Shown here: piece by piece, positions 10,469 through 19,100 of the stretch
Position numbering within the stretch: the stretch's first letter is position 1
Layout of the letters: the number at the start of each line of letters is the position of its first letter
NCBI GenBank assembly: GCA_949295995.1
Contig: CASFNK010000064.1
Location: forward strand, 12,627 to 76,626
Direction of reading: 5' to 3'
From: an uncultured Pseudomonadota bacterium
GTDB lineage: Bacteria > Pseudomonadota > Alphaproteobacteria > RF32 > CAG-239
Length of the DNA: 64,000 nucleotides
Notes under the pieces: model-generated
Seen by the model: the letters and a program-made list of their open reading frames with translations, nothing else
Databases searched by the model: none
What the model was told of the DNA's origin: nothing
Program-made: the position numbers and the translations under genes

Positions 10469-10535
10469 TATCTTAGCATAATGGAGGAAGTGTATTCCTC
10501 ATCATCTCAGTTTATTAAATAATAAGGAAGTAAAA

Positions 10536-11888
10536 ATGGTATCATTGGCAGAAAAAATGGCCGCAAATATGGATGTGTCGGCTTTTAGCAAAGCTACCGA
10601 ATTGAAAAAAAGACTTTGGTTTACAGTGTTGGCTTTGGTGGTGTTCCGTTTGGGAACGTTTATTCCGTTGCCGGGAATTGATCCTCATATCTTGTCGGAT
10701 ATTTTTGCACGTAACTCCAACGGCATCTTGGGTATGTTTAATATGTTTGCCGGTGGTGCTTTGGAACGTATGACTATCTTTGCTTTGAACATTATGCCTT
10801 ATATCTCGGCATCAATCATTTTGCAATTGGGACAATCTGTTATACCGTCTTTGGCTGCTTTGAAAAAAGATGGTGAAGCCGGTCATCGCAGAATGACCCA
10901 TTATACCAAAATGTTGACCGTTTTGATTACTATTATTCAAGGTTACGGTATTGCTGTCGGCTTGGAAGGAATGACCGGTAGTGCCGGTGTTTCGGCCGTG
11001 GTTAACCCTGGTTTTGTTTTCAAGTTTACAACCGTGGTTTCTCTTGTGGGCGGAACAATGTTTATTGTTTGGCTTGGTGATCAAATTACCTCAAGAGGTG
11101 TCGGAAACGGTTCTTCTCTTATCATTACCGTCGGTATTATCGCTAATATTCCGAGTGCTTTGGCGCAAACTTTTGAATTGGGGCGCGTCGGTTCGATGTC
11201 TTTGAGCGTAATAGCCTTGTTGATGTTTATGGTCTTGGCTTTGATTTATGTGATTGTGTTGGTTGAAAGAGCTCAACGCAAAATCACAATTCAATATCCA
11301 AAACGTCAGATGGGGGCCAGAATGATGGCTAGCGAAAATTCTCACTTACCGCTCAAAATTAACCCAACCGGTGTTATCCCTCCGATTTTTGCCAGCTCAT
11401 TGCTGTTATTACCGATTACCATTGCTAACTTTTCGGCTGAAAATGGTCCGTCTTGGGTGCAAACACTCAGCCAGTTGTTGGGACATGGTCAACCTCTGTA
11501 TTTGAGCCTGTATGCCGCTTTGATTATTTTCTTTGCTTTCTTCTATACAGCAGTTGTGTTTAACCCTGAAGAAACTGCCGAGAATTTGAAAAAACACGGC
11601 GGCTTTATTGCCGGTATCCGTCCGGGTAAAAATACCGCAGACTACTTGGATTATGTTATTACTCGTTTGACTGTTTTGGGGGCGGTTTATTTGACAGCTT
11701 TGTGCATCTTGCCGGAAATCCTTATCAGCAAATTGTCTGTTCCATTCGTTTTGGGTGGTACAACCTTGCTCATCGTCGTTCAAGTTACCATGGATTTTGT
11801 CGGTCAGCTCCAATCTCATTTGATTGCTTACCAATATGAAGGTTTAATCAAAAAAGCCGCTCTTGCTAACAGAGGAAAGAGAAGATAA
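10536..11888 (+). CDS. secY: Preprotein translocase subunit SecY
   Basis: 450-aa polytopic membrane protein with a typical SecY N-terminus (..ELKKRLWFTVLALVVFRLGTFIPLPGIDP..) and a conserved C-terminal region. RBS AAGGAAG. Confidence 0.97.
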   Translation: MVSLAEKMAANMDVSAFSKATELKKRLWFTVLALVVFRLGTFIPLPGIDPHILSDIFARNSNGILGMFNMFAGGALERMTIFALNIMPYISASIILQLGQSVIPSLAALKKDGEAGHRRMTHYTKMLTVLITIIQGYGIAVGLEGMTGSAGVSAVVNPGFVFKFTTVVSLVGGTMFIVWLGDQITSRGVGNGSSLIITVGIIANIPSALAQTFELGRVGSMSLSVIALLMFMVLALIYVIVLVERAQRKITIQYPKRQMGARMMASENSHLPLKINPTGVIPPIFASSLLLLPITIANFSAENGPSWVQTLSQLLGHGQPLYLSLYAALIIFFAFFYTAVVFNPEETAENLKKHGGFIAGIRPGKNTADYLDYVITRLTVLGAVYLTALCILPEILISKLSVPFVLGGTTLLIVVQVTMDFVGQLQSHLIAYQYEGLIKKAALANRGKRR

Positions 11889-12559
11889 TGAACGCTAACG
11901 GTTTAGGTTTACATATCGTTTTTACCGGAGCTCCCGGTTGCGGTAAAGGTACGCAAGCGAGAATCCTGAAAGAGAAAATCGCTATCGCTCACCTTTCTAC
12001 CGGAGAAATGCTTCGTGCAGAGGCTGCTAAAGGGACGCCCTTGGGACTAGAAATCAAAGAATTGATTGATGGCGGAAATTTGGTTCCTGATGAGATGATT
12101 ATCAAAATGCTCTCAGAGCGAATCGACCAAGATGATTGCAAAAACGGTTTTATTTTGGATGGCTTCCCAAGAACTTTGCCTCAGGCGGAAGTTTTGGAGG
12201 AAATGCTCTCTAAAAAAGGGATTAAACTCGATGCCGTGATTGAGATTCAAGTTCCTGATGAAATCATTATGGAGCGAATTTTAGGTCGATATTCTTGTAT
12301 GACTTGCGGTGCCGGATATCATGATAAATTCCAAAAACCAAAGGTTTACGGCGTTTGTGATGTTTGCGGCGGAACGGATTTTTATCGCAGAGTTGATGAT
12401 AATCGTTCAACCGTGCAGAATCGACTCGTCAATTATCGCGCTTTGACCTATCCGACTATCCCTTATTTTGAGAAAAAAGGTTTACTTCGCTGTGTGGATG
12501 GAACGGGTACAATCGAGGCAACTTCCAAAAAGGTGGACGATTTATTGGCCGTTGCGTAA
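11888..12559 (+). CDS. adk: Adenylate kinase (Cys4 zinc-lid type)
   Basis: P-loop GAPGCGKGTQ, LSTGEMLR, GFILDGFPRT. Lid with CMTC..CDVC. ATG overlaps the secY stop. Confidence 0.95.
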   Translation: MNANGLGLHIVFTGAPGCGKGTQARILKEKIAIAHLSTGEMLRAEAAKGTPLGLEIKELIDGGNLVPDEMIIKMLSERIDQDDCKNGFILDGFPRTLPQAEVLEEMLSKKGIKLDAVIEIQVPDEIIMERILGRYSCMTCGAGYHDKFQKPKVYGVCDVCGGTDFYRRVDDNRSTVQNRLVNYRALTYPTIPYFEKKGLLRCVDGTGTIEATSKKVDDLLAVA

Positions 12560-12609
12560 TAAAGTTTTGTATTTTTTGCAAAAAAATGCATTTTTTTGTA
12601 AAAGGGTGG

Positions 12610-12637
12610 TTGACACAATCGAATTATAGCCTATAAT
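12610..12637 (+). promoter_or_regulatory. Near-consensus sigma-70 promoter upstream of rpsM
   Basis: TTGACA (12610-12615), 16-nt spacer, TATAAT (12632-12637), about 70 nt upstream of the rpsM start. Confidence 0.6.
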
Positions 12638-12707
12638 CCGGCTTAATTTTGAAAAGTGGTGATCAACTTTTTAAATGTGGTAATAATTAAATATATGGAG
12701 AGTTAAT

Positions 12708-13076
12708 TTGGCTCGTATAGCTGGTGTAAACATTCCAACTGCCAAGAAAATTGAAGTAGCTTTAACTTATATTTTTGGTATCGGAAGAAAAACTGCTCAA
12801 GATATTTGTGCAAAATCAGGTGTCGACTGCAATCGCCGCGTTCAAGAGTTGAGCGAGGAAGAAATTGCTAAGGTTCGTGAAGTTATTGACAGTTCTTATG
12901 TCGTTGAAGGCGAATTACGCCGTGATGTCGGTGTTAATATTAAAAGATTGATGGACCTCGGTTGCTACAGAGGTTTGAGACATCGTAAAGGTTTACCGGT
13001 TCGTGGTCAGAGCACAAAACAAAATGCTCGTACCCGTAAAGGTAAACGTAAAACTATTGCGAATAAGAAGAAATAG
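12708..13076 (+). CDS. rpsM: 30S ribosomal protein S13 (uS13), TTG start
   Basis: (M)[29 protein letters not shown].. is canonical uS13. TTG start follows GGAGAG. Confidence 0.95.
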   Translation: MARIAGVNIPTAKKIEVALTYIFGIGRKTAQDICAKSGVDCNRRVQELSEEEIAKVREVIDSSYVVEGELRRDVGVNIKRLMDLGCYRGLRHRKGLPVRGQSTKQNARTRKGKRKTIANKKK

Positions 13077-13086
13077 GTAGGTTCCC

Positions 13087-13479
13087 ATGGCAAAAGCAGT
13101 AACACAACGTGTTAAGAAAAAAGAAAAGAAGAATATCACTGCCGGCGTAGCCCATGTGAATTCTACTTTTAACAATACTAGAGTAACAATTACAGACGCT
13201 CAAGGTAATACCGTCGCTTGGTCAACTTCCGGCGCTCAAGGTTTTAAAGGTTCTCGTAAATCGACTCCTTATGCCGCTCAAGTTGCCGCTGAAGAAGCTG
13301 GTAAAAAAGCTCAAGAACATGGTATGAAAACCTTGGAAGTCGAAGTTAAAGGTCCTGGTTCTGGGCGCGAATCCGCTATCAGAGCTTTGCAGGTTATCGG
13401 TTTTACTATCACTACAATTCGTGATGTTACTCCGATCCCTCACAACGGATGCCGTTTGAGAAAGAGACGTCGCGTTTAG
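13087..13479 (+). CDS. rpsK: 30S ribosomal protein S11 (uS11)
   Basis: 130 aa; [42 protein letters not shown] is canonical uS11. Confidence 0.96.
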   Translation: MAKAVTQRVKKKEKKNITAGVAHVNSTFNNTRVTITDAQGNTVAWSTSGAQGFKGSRKSTPYAAQVAAEEAGKKAQEHGMKTLEVEVKGPGSGRESAIRALQVIGFTITTIRDVTPIPHNGCRLRKRRRV

Positions 13480-13497
13480 TTTTAGGTTAGAGATGGA

Positions 13498-13539
13498 GAG
13501 GCTGCTTCTTAGACAGCCTCGCCCTCTTTTGTTTTTTTG
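13498..13539 (+). terminator. Terminator-like hairpin (possible attenuator) between rpsK and rpoA
   Basis: Stem GAGGCTG (13498-13504) / CAGCCTC (13514-13520) followed by a T-rich tract (CTCTTTTGTTTTTTT). Located inside an operon, so partial termination is more likely than full. Confidence 0.4.
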
Positions 13540-13576
13540 TAAATTTGCATATGCACTAAATAAAGAGGACATACCA

Positions 13577-14587
13577 GTGATTCAAAAAAATTGGCAAGAA
13601 CTTATTAAACCAACGAATTTGGAAGTTGTTCCCAGCGAAGGCGGAAACAGAGCCAAAATCGTGGTCGAACCTTTGGAAAGAGGTTTTGGTTTAACTTTAG
13701 GTAACGCTTTGAGAAGAGTTTTGCTCTCTTCTTTGCAAGGCGGCGCAGTTACCGCTATCAAAATTAACGGTGTTTTGCATGAATTTTCGGTTATTCCGGG
13801 TGTCAGAGAAGATGTTACTGATATCGTTCTTAACGTTAAATGTTTGGCTGTCGCTGTTCACAGCGAAGGTCCTAAAACTATGACGTTGAAAGCTGAAGGA
13901 CCTTGTCAGGTTACCGCTGCTATGATTGATGCCGGTCATGATGTCGAAATTAAAAATCCTGACTTGGTTATTTGCAATCTGGATGCCGGTGCTAAAATCA
14001 ATATGGAATTAACGGTTAATACCGGTAAAGGTTATGTTCCGGCAAGCATGAATAAATCTCCCGATGCTCCTATCGGTGTGATTGCCGTTGATGCAATTTA
14101 TTCTCCGGTTAAAAAAGTATCTTACAAAGTTGAAAATACTCGTGTCGGACAAGTTACCGACTATGATAAGTTGACAATGGTTGTTGATACGAATGGTGTT
14201 GTTTCTCCTGAAGATGCAGTGGCTTTTGCTGCTCGCATTTTGCAAGACCAACTCAAACCGTTCATTAACTTTGATGAACCGGAAGCTGAAGTTGAAGCTG
14301 AAAAAGAAGAATTGCCGTTCAATCGTAATCTCTTGAAGAAGGTTGAAGAACTTGAATTGTCAGTTCGTTCTGCTAACTGCTTGAAGAATGACAATATCAT
14401 CTATATCGGTGATTTGGTTCAAAAAACTGAAGCTGAAATGTTGCGTACTCCGAACTTCGGTCGTAAGTCTTTGAATGAAATTAAGGAAGTTTTGGCTAAG
14501 ATGGGTATTCATTTGGGTATGGATACTCCGGGTTGGCCGCCTGAAAACATTGAAGATTTAATTAAGAGAGTTGATGAACACTTTTAG
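13577..14587 (+). CDS. rpoA: DNA-directed RNA polymerase subunit alpha
   Basis: GTG 13577 gives (M)[16 protein letters not shown].., the typical RpoA N-terminus, and is preceded by AAGAGGA. C-terminal domain [22 protein letters not shown]. The track start 13493 adds 28 non-conserved residues overlapping the hairpin. Confidence 0.95.
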   Translation: MIQKNWQELIKPTNLEVVPSEGGNRAKIVVEPLERGFGLTLGNALRRVLLSSLQGGAVTAIKINGVLHEFSVIPGVREDVTDIVLNVKCLAVAVHSEGPKTMTLKAEGPCQVTAAMIDAGHDVEIKNPDLVICNLDAGAKINMELTVNTGKGYVPASMNKSPDAPIGVIAVDAIYSPVKKVSYKVENTRVGQVTDYDKLTMVVDTNGVVSPEDAVAFAARILQDQLKPFINFDEPEAEVEAEKEELPFNRNLLKKVEELELSVRSANCLKNDNIIYIGDLVQKTEAEMLRTPNFGRKSLNEIKEVLAKMGIHLGMDTPGWPPENIEDLIKRVDEHF

Positions 14588-14607
14588 TTAAAAATTTGAA
14601 AATTAAA

Positions 14608-14641
14608 AAAAGCCTTTGAGCGTTAGCTTGAAGGCTTTTTT
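14608..14641 (+). terminator. Rho-independent terminator after rpoA
   Basis: A-run, stem AAGCCTT / AAGGCTT (7 bp, long loop), then T6. Confidence 0.55.
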
Positions 14642-14982
14642 GTGGCTTAATGTTTTATGGAGTGAATCGTTTTAACGTAGATAATGCCAAAGTGTCGGAA
14701 CAACATCTTTCTCAGCCGTTGTACAGGTGAAGTTGTAATGTATGTTGTTTTAGTTTGAGGCTAAAATAGGATATTAAGAGTTTTAAATACTGAAATGATT
14801 AGAAAAAGTCTGGATTAAATATAAAGTTACATTGAAAAAGTATAAGTGAGGCTATTGACAAAGGTTAAGTGTTTGCAGAGTTGAAAGAGTGCAAATAATA
14901 ACCTTATTTTTATTGCATATTGTTTGGGCAAATGTTATATGAAAGCATTAAATTTTATTATTAACCCTTTAATTATTAGGTT

Positions 14983-15663
14983 ATGAAAGAAGAAAAATTA
15001 AAACAAGTATTGCATTATGCTCAAAGTTTAGGTTTGACACCTGAGGAAGTCTTAAAGTATTTTGATGCTCACATAAAAGCTGATGAAACTTCTGTCTTTT
15101 CTCAAAATAGCAATGTTGAGAATAAAACATTACTTCCTTGTTCGGGAATGTTTTGTTATGAGGATAATTCTTTTTCTTTTGAGCTCAGAAACGATAAAAC
15201 CGTTAAGGGAATAGTTGTGTATGTCGAGGGAACGCGTTTTTTGGCTGTTTGCTTGGAGGAAAAAAGGTTACCTTGGTCAACGGTGGCTTTGAAGGTTGAG
15301 CTCAATCATAAGGAATTGGATGGAGCTAAAGCTACACGAAATATTTTAGCGGCGGTTAAAGATTCTCACTCGAAAGCAGAAGCTGCTGAGTGGTGTTATA
15401 CTTTTGCTCAAAATGGTGTGAAATCCGGCGAGGCTTTTTTGCCTTCTACTTATGAACTGATTAAACTGTCAGATAATAAGGAACGGGTTAATAATGCTTT
15501 GAAAAAACTCAATTTGGTGGGGTTGTCCGGCTGGTATTGGTCTGCAAACGAAAAAGATGAAGATATGGCAATTTTGGTGCGTTTGAGTGATGCTCGTGAA
15601 AGTGTATTTTCTAAACGTCATATCGGAGGTTTTGTTCGACCTGTTGTTTGGGTAAATTTGTAA
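14983..15663 (+). CDS. Hypothetical protein, DUF1566-like, no signal peptide; paralogue of 8749..9297 with an extra about 50-aa N-terminal helical extension
   Basis: 226-aa ORF. Shares GMFCYED.SFS.EL...KTV.GIV.YVE..R.L.VCL.EK.LPWS, GEAFLP..ELIKL, GWYWSA and VRPVVWV with ORF 8749..9297. Own terminator. Confidence 0.7.
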   Translation: MKEEKLKQVLHYAQSLGLTPEEVLKYFDAHIKADETSVFSQNSNVENKTLLPCSGMFCYEDNSFSFELRNDKTVKGIVVYVEGTRFLAVCLEEKRLPWSTVALKVELNHKELDGAKATRNILAAVKDSHSKAEAAEWCYTFAQNGVKSGEAFLPSTYELIKLSDNKERVNNALKKLNLVGLSGWYWSANEKDEDMAILVRLSDARESVFSKRHIGGFVRPVVWVNL

Positions 15664-15678
15664 TGTTTTATTGGGAAA

Positions 15679-15708
15679 AGAGTCTGAATGTTTTCAGGCT
15701 CTTTTTTT
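15679..15708 (+). terminator. Rho-independent terminator
   Basis: 10-bp stem AGAGTCTGAA / TTCAGGCTCT (one G-U pair), 4-nt loop, T7. Confidence 0.65.
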
Positions 15709-15769
15709 GTTGTGTTTTTGTCAAAAAGTGGTATAGAAAAATAAATTTTTTATTATTGTTTAATTTAAT

Positions 15770-16441
15770 TTGATTTTTATGTTTAGAAAAAACACAAGTA
15801 AGGGCGGAGTTACGCCATTGCGTAATCAGCCGGTGGAAAAATGGCAAAATTGGCTTGAGAGTGCTCATTGGAGAGAGGTTTTTAATGCTTTTCAGGATTT
15901 TATTCCTCGGGGTTATACTCCCTATAAAGAGCATGATAAACAAGTTATGGATTTGTTAAGTTCAAGATTGTTTAGAATTGAATTTCCAGTGTCTAAACTT
16001 CCCTTTGGAGTGAATCTTTTGAGAGTTGATAATGAGATTGAAAATTTGGATCTAAAAGCATTGGTGAAAGTAACAAAAAAACAATATCCTTACGTGATTG
16101 TTGAGAAAAATGGGCGATATCGAGGAATAGCTCTTACTCCTGATTTTATTTTGGCTGGAGTATGTTGGTTTTCTGCAATGCCAAAAACAGTGATAAAAAG
16201 GGCAAGAGAGTTAAAATTAGAGTTTCTGACCAGAGAAGATTCAAAAGTCGTGGAGCAGTATTTTAACGAAGTTGATGAATTGCTTGAAGTTGTCGGTGCT
16301 CCAACTATTTCTGACCTCAGGTGTTGGCTGTTTGCTCCTGTGGCGTCTCATGCTCCGTATGAGGTTTGGCAATTATCACGAAGAGACAGAAAAGGATATA
16401 TTGGAGAAAAGACGCCAACGTATATGTTGGCTAAGCTCTGA
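15770..16441 (+). CDS. Hypothetical protein (orphan; possibly a very divergent relative of the DUF1566-like pair)
   Basis: 223-aa ORF (TTG 15770 or ATG 15779) followed by a terminator. No clear RBS. No recognised motif. Confidence 0.55.
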   Translation: MIFMFRKNTSKGGVTPLRNQPVEKWQNWLESAHWREVFNAFQDFIPRGYTPYKEHDKQVMDLLSSRLFRIEFPVSKLPFGVNLLRVDNEIENLDLKALVKVTKKQYPYVIVEKNGRYRGIALTPDFILAGVCWFSAMPKTVIKRARELKLEFLTREDSKVVEQYFNEVDELLEVVGAPTISDLRCWLFAPVASHAPYEVWQLSRRDRKGYIGEKTPTYMLAKL

Positions 16442-16459
16442 AGTCTGAGTTTTGGAAAA

Positions 16460-16489
16460 AGAGAAGAATGAAAAACCTTCTCTTTTTTT
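16460..16489 (+). terminator. Rho-independent terminator
   Basis: Stem AGAGAAG / CTTCTCT (7 bp, 10-nt loop) followed by T7. Confidence 0.5.
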
Positions 16490-16641
16490 GTGAAATTTTG
16501 CTTGCTTTTCAAAATATTGTATGTTAAAAGACTCCTCGAATTAAGGTGTTTCCGTGCATGAACGTCTATCGTATCCGTGGCGGAGACTTGTGTTTTATAC
16601 GCTTTGTCTTGCAAAGCACAGAGAAAAGAAAGGAAATTGTC

Positions 16642-17091
16642 ATGAGACATGGAATGAAACAAAAAAAATTAAATATGACCAGAAGTCAAAGAAGAGCTTT
16701 GTTCTCTAACTTAACCAATGCTTTGTTAACCCATGAGCAAATTAATATTACTTTGCCGCGTGCTAAAGCTTTGAGAACCTTTGCCGATAACATGATTACC
16801 TATGCTAAAAAAGGTGATTTGAATTCTCGTCGTTTGGCTTTGGCTTTCTTGCGTGATGAAACTGTTGTTTCTAAACTTTTCTCTACTTTGGCTGAACGCT
16901 ATAAATCTCGTAACGGTGGTTATACCCGCGTTTTGAAAGCCGGTATTCGTTATGGCGATGCTGCTCCGATGGCTATCATTGAGTTGGTTGATCGTGATGT
17001 TAATGCTAAAGGTGCTGCTGATAAAGCTCGCGTTGCTGCTGAAAAAGCTGCCGCAGAAGCTGCTGAAAAAGCTGAAAGCGAAGCCAAATAG
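16642..17091 (+). CDS. rplQ: 50S ribosomal protein L17 (bL17) with Ala/Glu/Lys-rich C-terminal tail
   Basis: ATG 16642 gives [24 protein letters not shown].., the canonical bL17 N-terminus, after AAAGGAAA. The track start 16546 adds 32 unrelated residues. Confidence 0.93.
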   Translation: MRHGMKQKKLNMTRSQRRALFSNLTNALLTHEQINITLPRAKALRTFADNMITYAKKGDLNSRRLALAFLRDETVVSKLFSTLAERYKSRNGGYTRVLKAGIRYGDAAPMAIIELVDRDVNAKGAADKARVAAEKAAAEAAEKAESEAK

Positions 17092-17110
17092 TTTTTTAGC
17101 TTGAAGTACA

Positions 17111-17139
17111 AAAAAAGGAGCCAATCGGCTCCTTTTTTT
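17111..17139. terminator. Bidirectional intrinsic terminator (rplQ / convergent ORF)
   Basis: A7, stem GGAGCC / GGCTCC, loop AATC, then T7. Confidence 0.7.
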
Positions 17140-17186
17140 GTGTGATTAAAGAGGGTGAAGATTTTACTCTCATCTCTTAGATTTAC

Positions 17187-18128
17187 TTAAAAATTAACAA
17201 TTTTGTCTCCGGCTTGGGTGAGCATATTTGTCTCATCGGCCGGAACGAGATACATTTCATTTTCAGTAGTTATCAGGTAACGCCCCAGAGATTTTTTGCC
17301 GTTGGAAAACAAGGTCGGAAATGGATGTCCGATATATTTTACCTCGTAATATTCCGGAAGCGCACCGTCAAGAAAACGAACTTGCGGAATGCGCGCATTC
17401 TTGATACTCTTTGAGGTGATTTCGACCAAGTCTCCATCTTCCAAAAACATTGATTCCGGTGTAGCGGGAAGAATCTTGAATTTTAAATCCTTCATCAAAA
17501 CCAGTGTTTTTAGCCCCATAATCCCTTGCGCGTTCGGCCACATCATCGGATGAGCAACTCGATTGATTTGCCCTTTGAGATGAGAGGATTGCGTGGAAGC
17601 GGCACTGAACTCAAAATTTAATGTCTTGTTTTGGAATTTGAGAATTTCATAATTCTCTAATTCTATGGCGATTTCATCTCCTTTCCTCAGCAGTAACGTG
17701 TTCCAATTGGCTTTAACCAGAAAAATTTGTTCTTGTGCCGTAATTGAAACATAGAGACTGTTAAATCCGGTATCTGGATTTTTTTGCCAGATTGGGTGAG
17801 ATATGCGCTCAATAACGCCATCAAATTCATTGAGATTTATTAAGCTATCTTCGGATAGCTCGTTTACTTTGTTAAGCTCTCCTGCGGGGGACACAGTTAT
17901 TGTATCTCCTTGTTGTATAAGCATACTCAAGGGGGAGGCTTGAAACGTAAACATTTTGTTTTTTGAATGAATGCTTAATGTGATTTGAGGAGCTTGGCTT
18001 CCTTGAAATTTTGGTAACGGGTGTCCTACATGAGTAACAGTAACCGTCAGTTTTTTTTGTTTCATAATACATAAAATTAAAAATAAAGTTATTGTGGCTT
18101 TTGTAGCATAATTTATTTTGAAAATCAA
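17187..18128 (-). CDS. Hypothetical protein built of four tandem about 70-aa repeats (conserved HP ... GD motifs)
   Basis: 313-aa ORF. Four repeats each start h-x-h-x-(G/S/A)HP and end GD-x-(I/V): VTHVGHP..QQGDTITV, IERISHPIW..RKGDEIAI, INRVAHPMM..EDGDLVEI, VKYIGHPFP..QAGDKIVNF. Hydrophobic N-terminus if M1 is used; alternative start at 18065 (MKQKK). Confidence 0.6.
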   Translation of the reverse strand: MIFKINYATKATITLFLILCIMKQKKLTVTVTHVGHPLPKFQGSQAPQITLSIHSKNKMFTFQASPLSMLIQQGDTITVSPAGELNKVNELSEDSLINLNEFDGVIERISHPIWQKNPDTGFNSLYVSITAQEQIFLVKANWNTLLLRKGDEIAIELENYEILKFQNKTLNFEFSAASTQSSHLKGQINRVAHPMMWPNAQGIMGLKTLVLMKDLKFKILPATPESMFLEDGDLVEITSKSIKNARIPQVRFLDGALPEYYEVKYIGHPFPTLFSNGKKSLGRYLITTENEMYLVPADETNMLTQAGDKIVNF

Positions 18129-18221
18129 TAGACAAAATAGAGAAAATGTTTGACAGGTAACAGAAAAGACTTTATTTTGTGGGAGATTTATTCTTATTGT
18201 GTAACTTAAATTTTTTGTGAG

Positions 18222-18998
18222 ATGAAATTATTAGAAAGATTAAAAAAGGAAGTTTGCTTTTATTATAATCTTCAGGCAAGACATTTGCAAATCAAAGATT
18301 ATGAAGAGCTTATTGATGGTCAGGAGTTTTTTAAATTAAGATTGGTGTTTAAATTCAGACGACTACCTAATTATTTGTGGCTGAAATTACTTGATTGTGG
18401 CGATGCAAAAACAATTTTGGCTTATTTACAACGATATGATTATCCCTCTCAAGTGTCTATGGTCATGAAACTTTCTGATGAGCGTATCAAGGAACTTAAA
18501 CTCAATACATGGATTGAGGGTAGATTGCAATCTATTGGTTTGGTTAAAAAAAATTATATCTTTTTAGCAGATCATGCTTCTTCTTTTTTATATAGAGCAA
18601 TGCTGTTTTTAAGAAAGTCAGTGGTGCACCTCAATCAGTATTTGGAAACTTCGTATCGTTCTCAGTATGTTCTTTGTCCGGCAGATTTGTGGTCTGATTT
18701 GGTGGAAAATTTTCAGATGATTATGTTTGAGAAAGATATGTTTCTTTTGAAATCTGAAGAAGCTATTCTTTTGATAGATAAAATGTTGTTGGAAAATGAT
18801 GAAGCTGAAGAGTTAATTAAACTGGACTCGAAGGATATTATCGATGCTTGGTTAAGTGCAAATCTCTTACGGGAAAAGGTTATTCAACGTCTTGATAAGC
18901 AAGGTTTTGCTTTTGAAGCTAGACCTTATTTATCAGACGAAAATAAGCAACTTCTTTTGCAAAACGGATGGAATTTGAAAGATTATCATCTTGATTAA
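18222..18998 (+). CDS. Hypothetical protein (orphan, helical)
   Basis: 258-aa ORF, divergent from 17187..18128, followed by a terminator. No recognised motif. Confidence 0.55.
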   Translation: MKLLERLKKEVCFYYNLQARHLQIKDYEELIDGQEFFKLRLVFKFRRLPNYLWLKLLDCGDAKTILAYLQRYDYPSQVSMVMKLSDERIKELKLNTWIEGRLQSIGLVKKNYIFLADHASSFLYRAMLFLRKSVVHLNQYLETSYRSQYVLCPADLWSDLVENFQMIMFEKDMFLLKSEEAILLIDKMLLENDEAEELIKLDSKDIIDAWLSANLLREKVIQRLDKQGFAFEARPYLSDENKQLLLQNGWNLKDYHLD

Positions 18999-19000
18999 TA

Positions 19001-19027
19001 AAAGGCGGAACTTTGGTTCCGCCTTTT
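19001..19027 (+). terminator. Rho-independent terminator
   Basis: Stem AAGGCGGAAC / GTTCCGCCTT (10 bp), loop TTTG, followed by TTTTG. Confidence 0.6.
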
Positions 19028-19100
19028 GCTTGACATGATGGACAATGTGGCTTATTGGTAAGGGTATATTTTTATTATTCACTTTTAAATTATTATAAAA

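Noticed and set aside
13493-13576. N-terminal extensions proposed by the ORF track for rpoA (13493), rplQ (16546), rplW (966), rpsC (2790), galU (62104), gapR (35858), pgeF (51644), pntAB (33268), ldcA (28069), the GNAT gene (42197) and the second CHR gene (34963).
   Set aside because: In each case an internal start reproduces the conserved family N-terminus. That start is preceded by a Shine-Dalgarno-like sequence or is translationally coupled to the upstream stop. The extension overlaps the neighbouring gene or a hairpin.
8638-16641. The two inserts in the ribosomal cluster being mobile elements (IS, integron cassette, prophage remnant).
   Set aside because: I found no transposase, integrase, recombinase or terminal inverted/direct repeats, and no tRNA or attC-like site. 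The inserts look like ordinary promoter-gene-terminator units.
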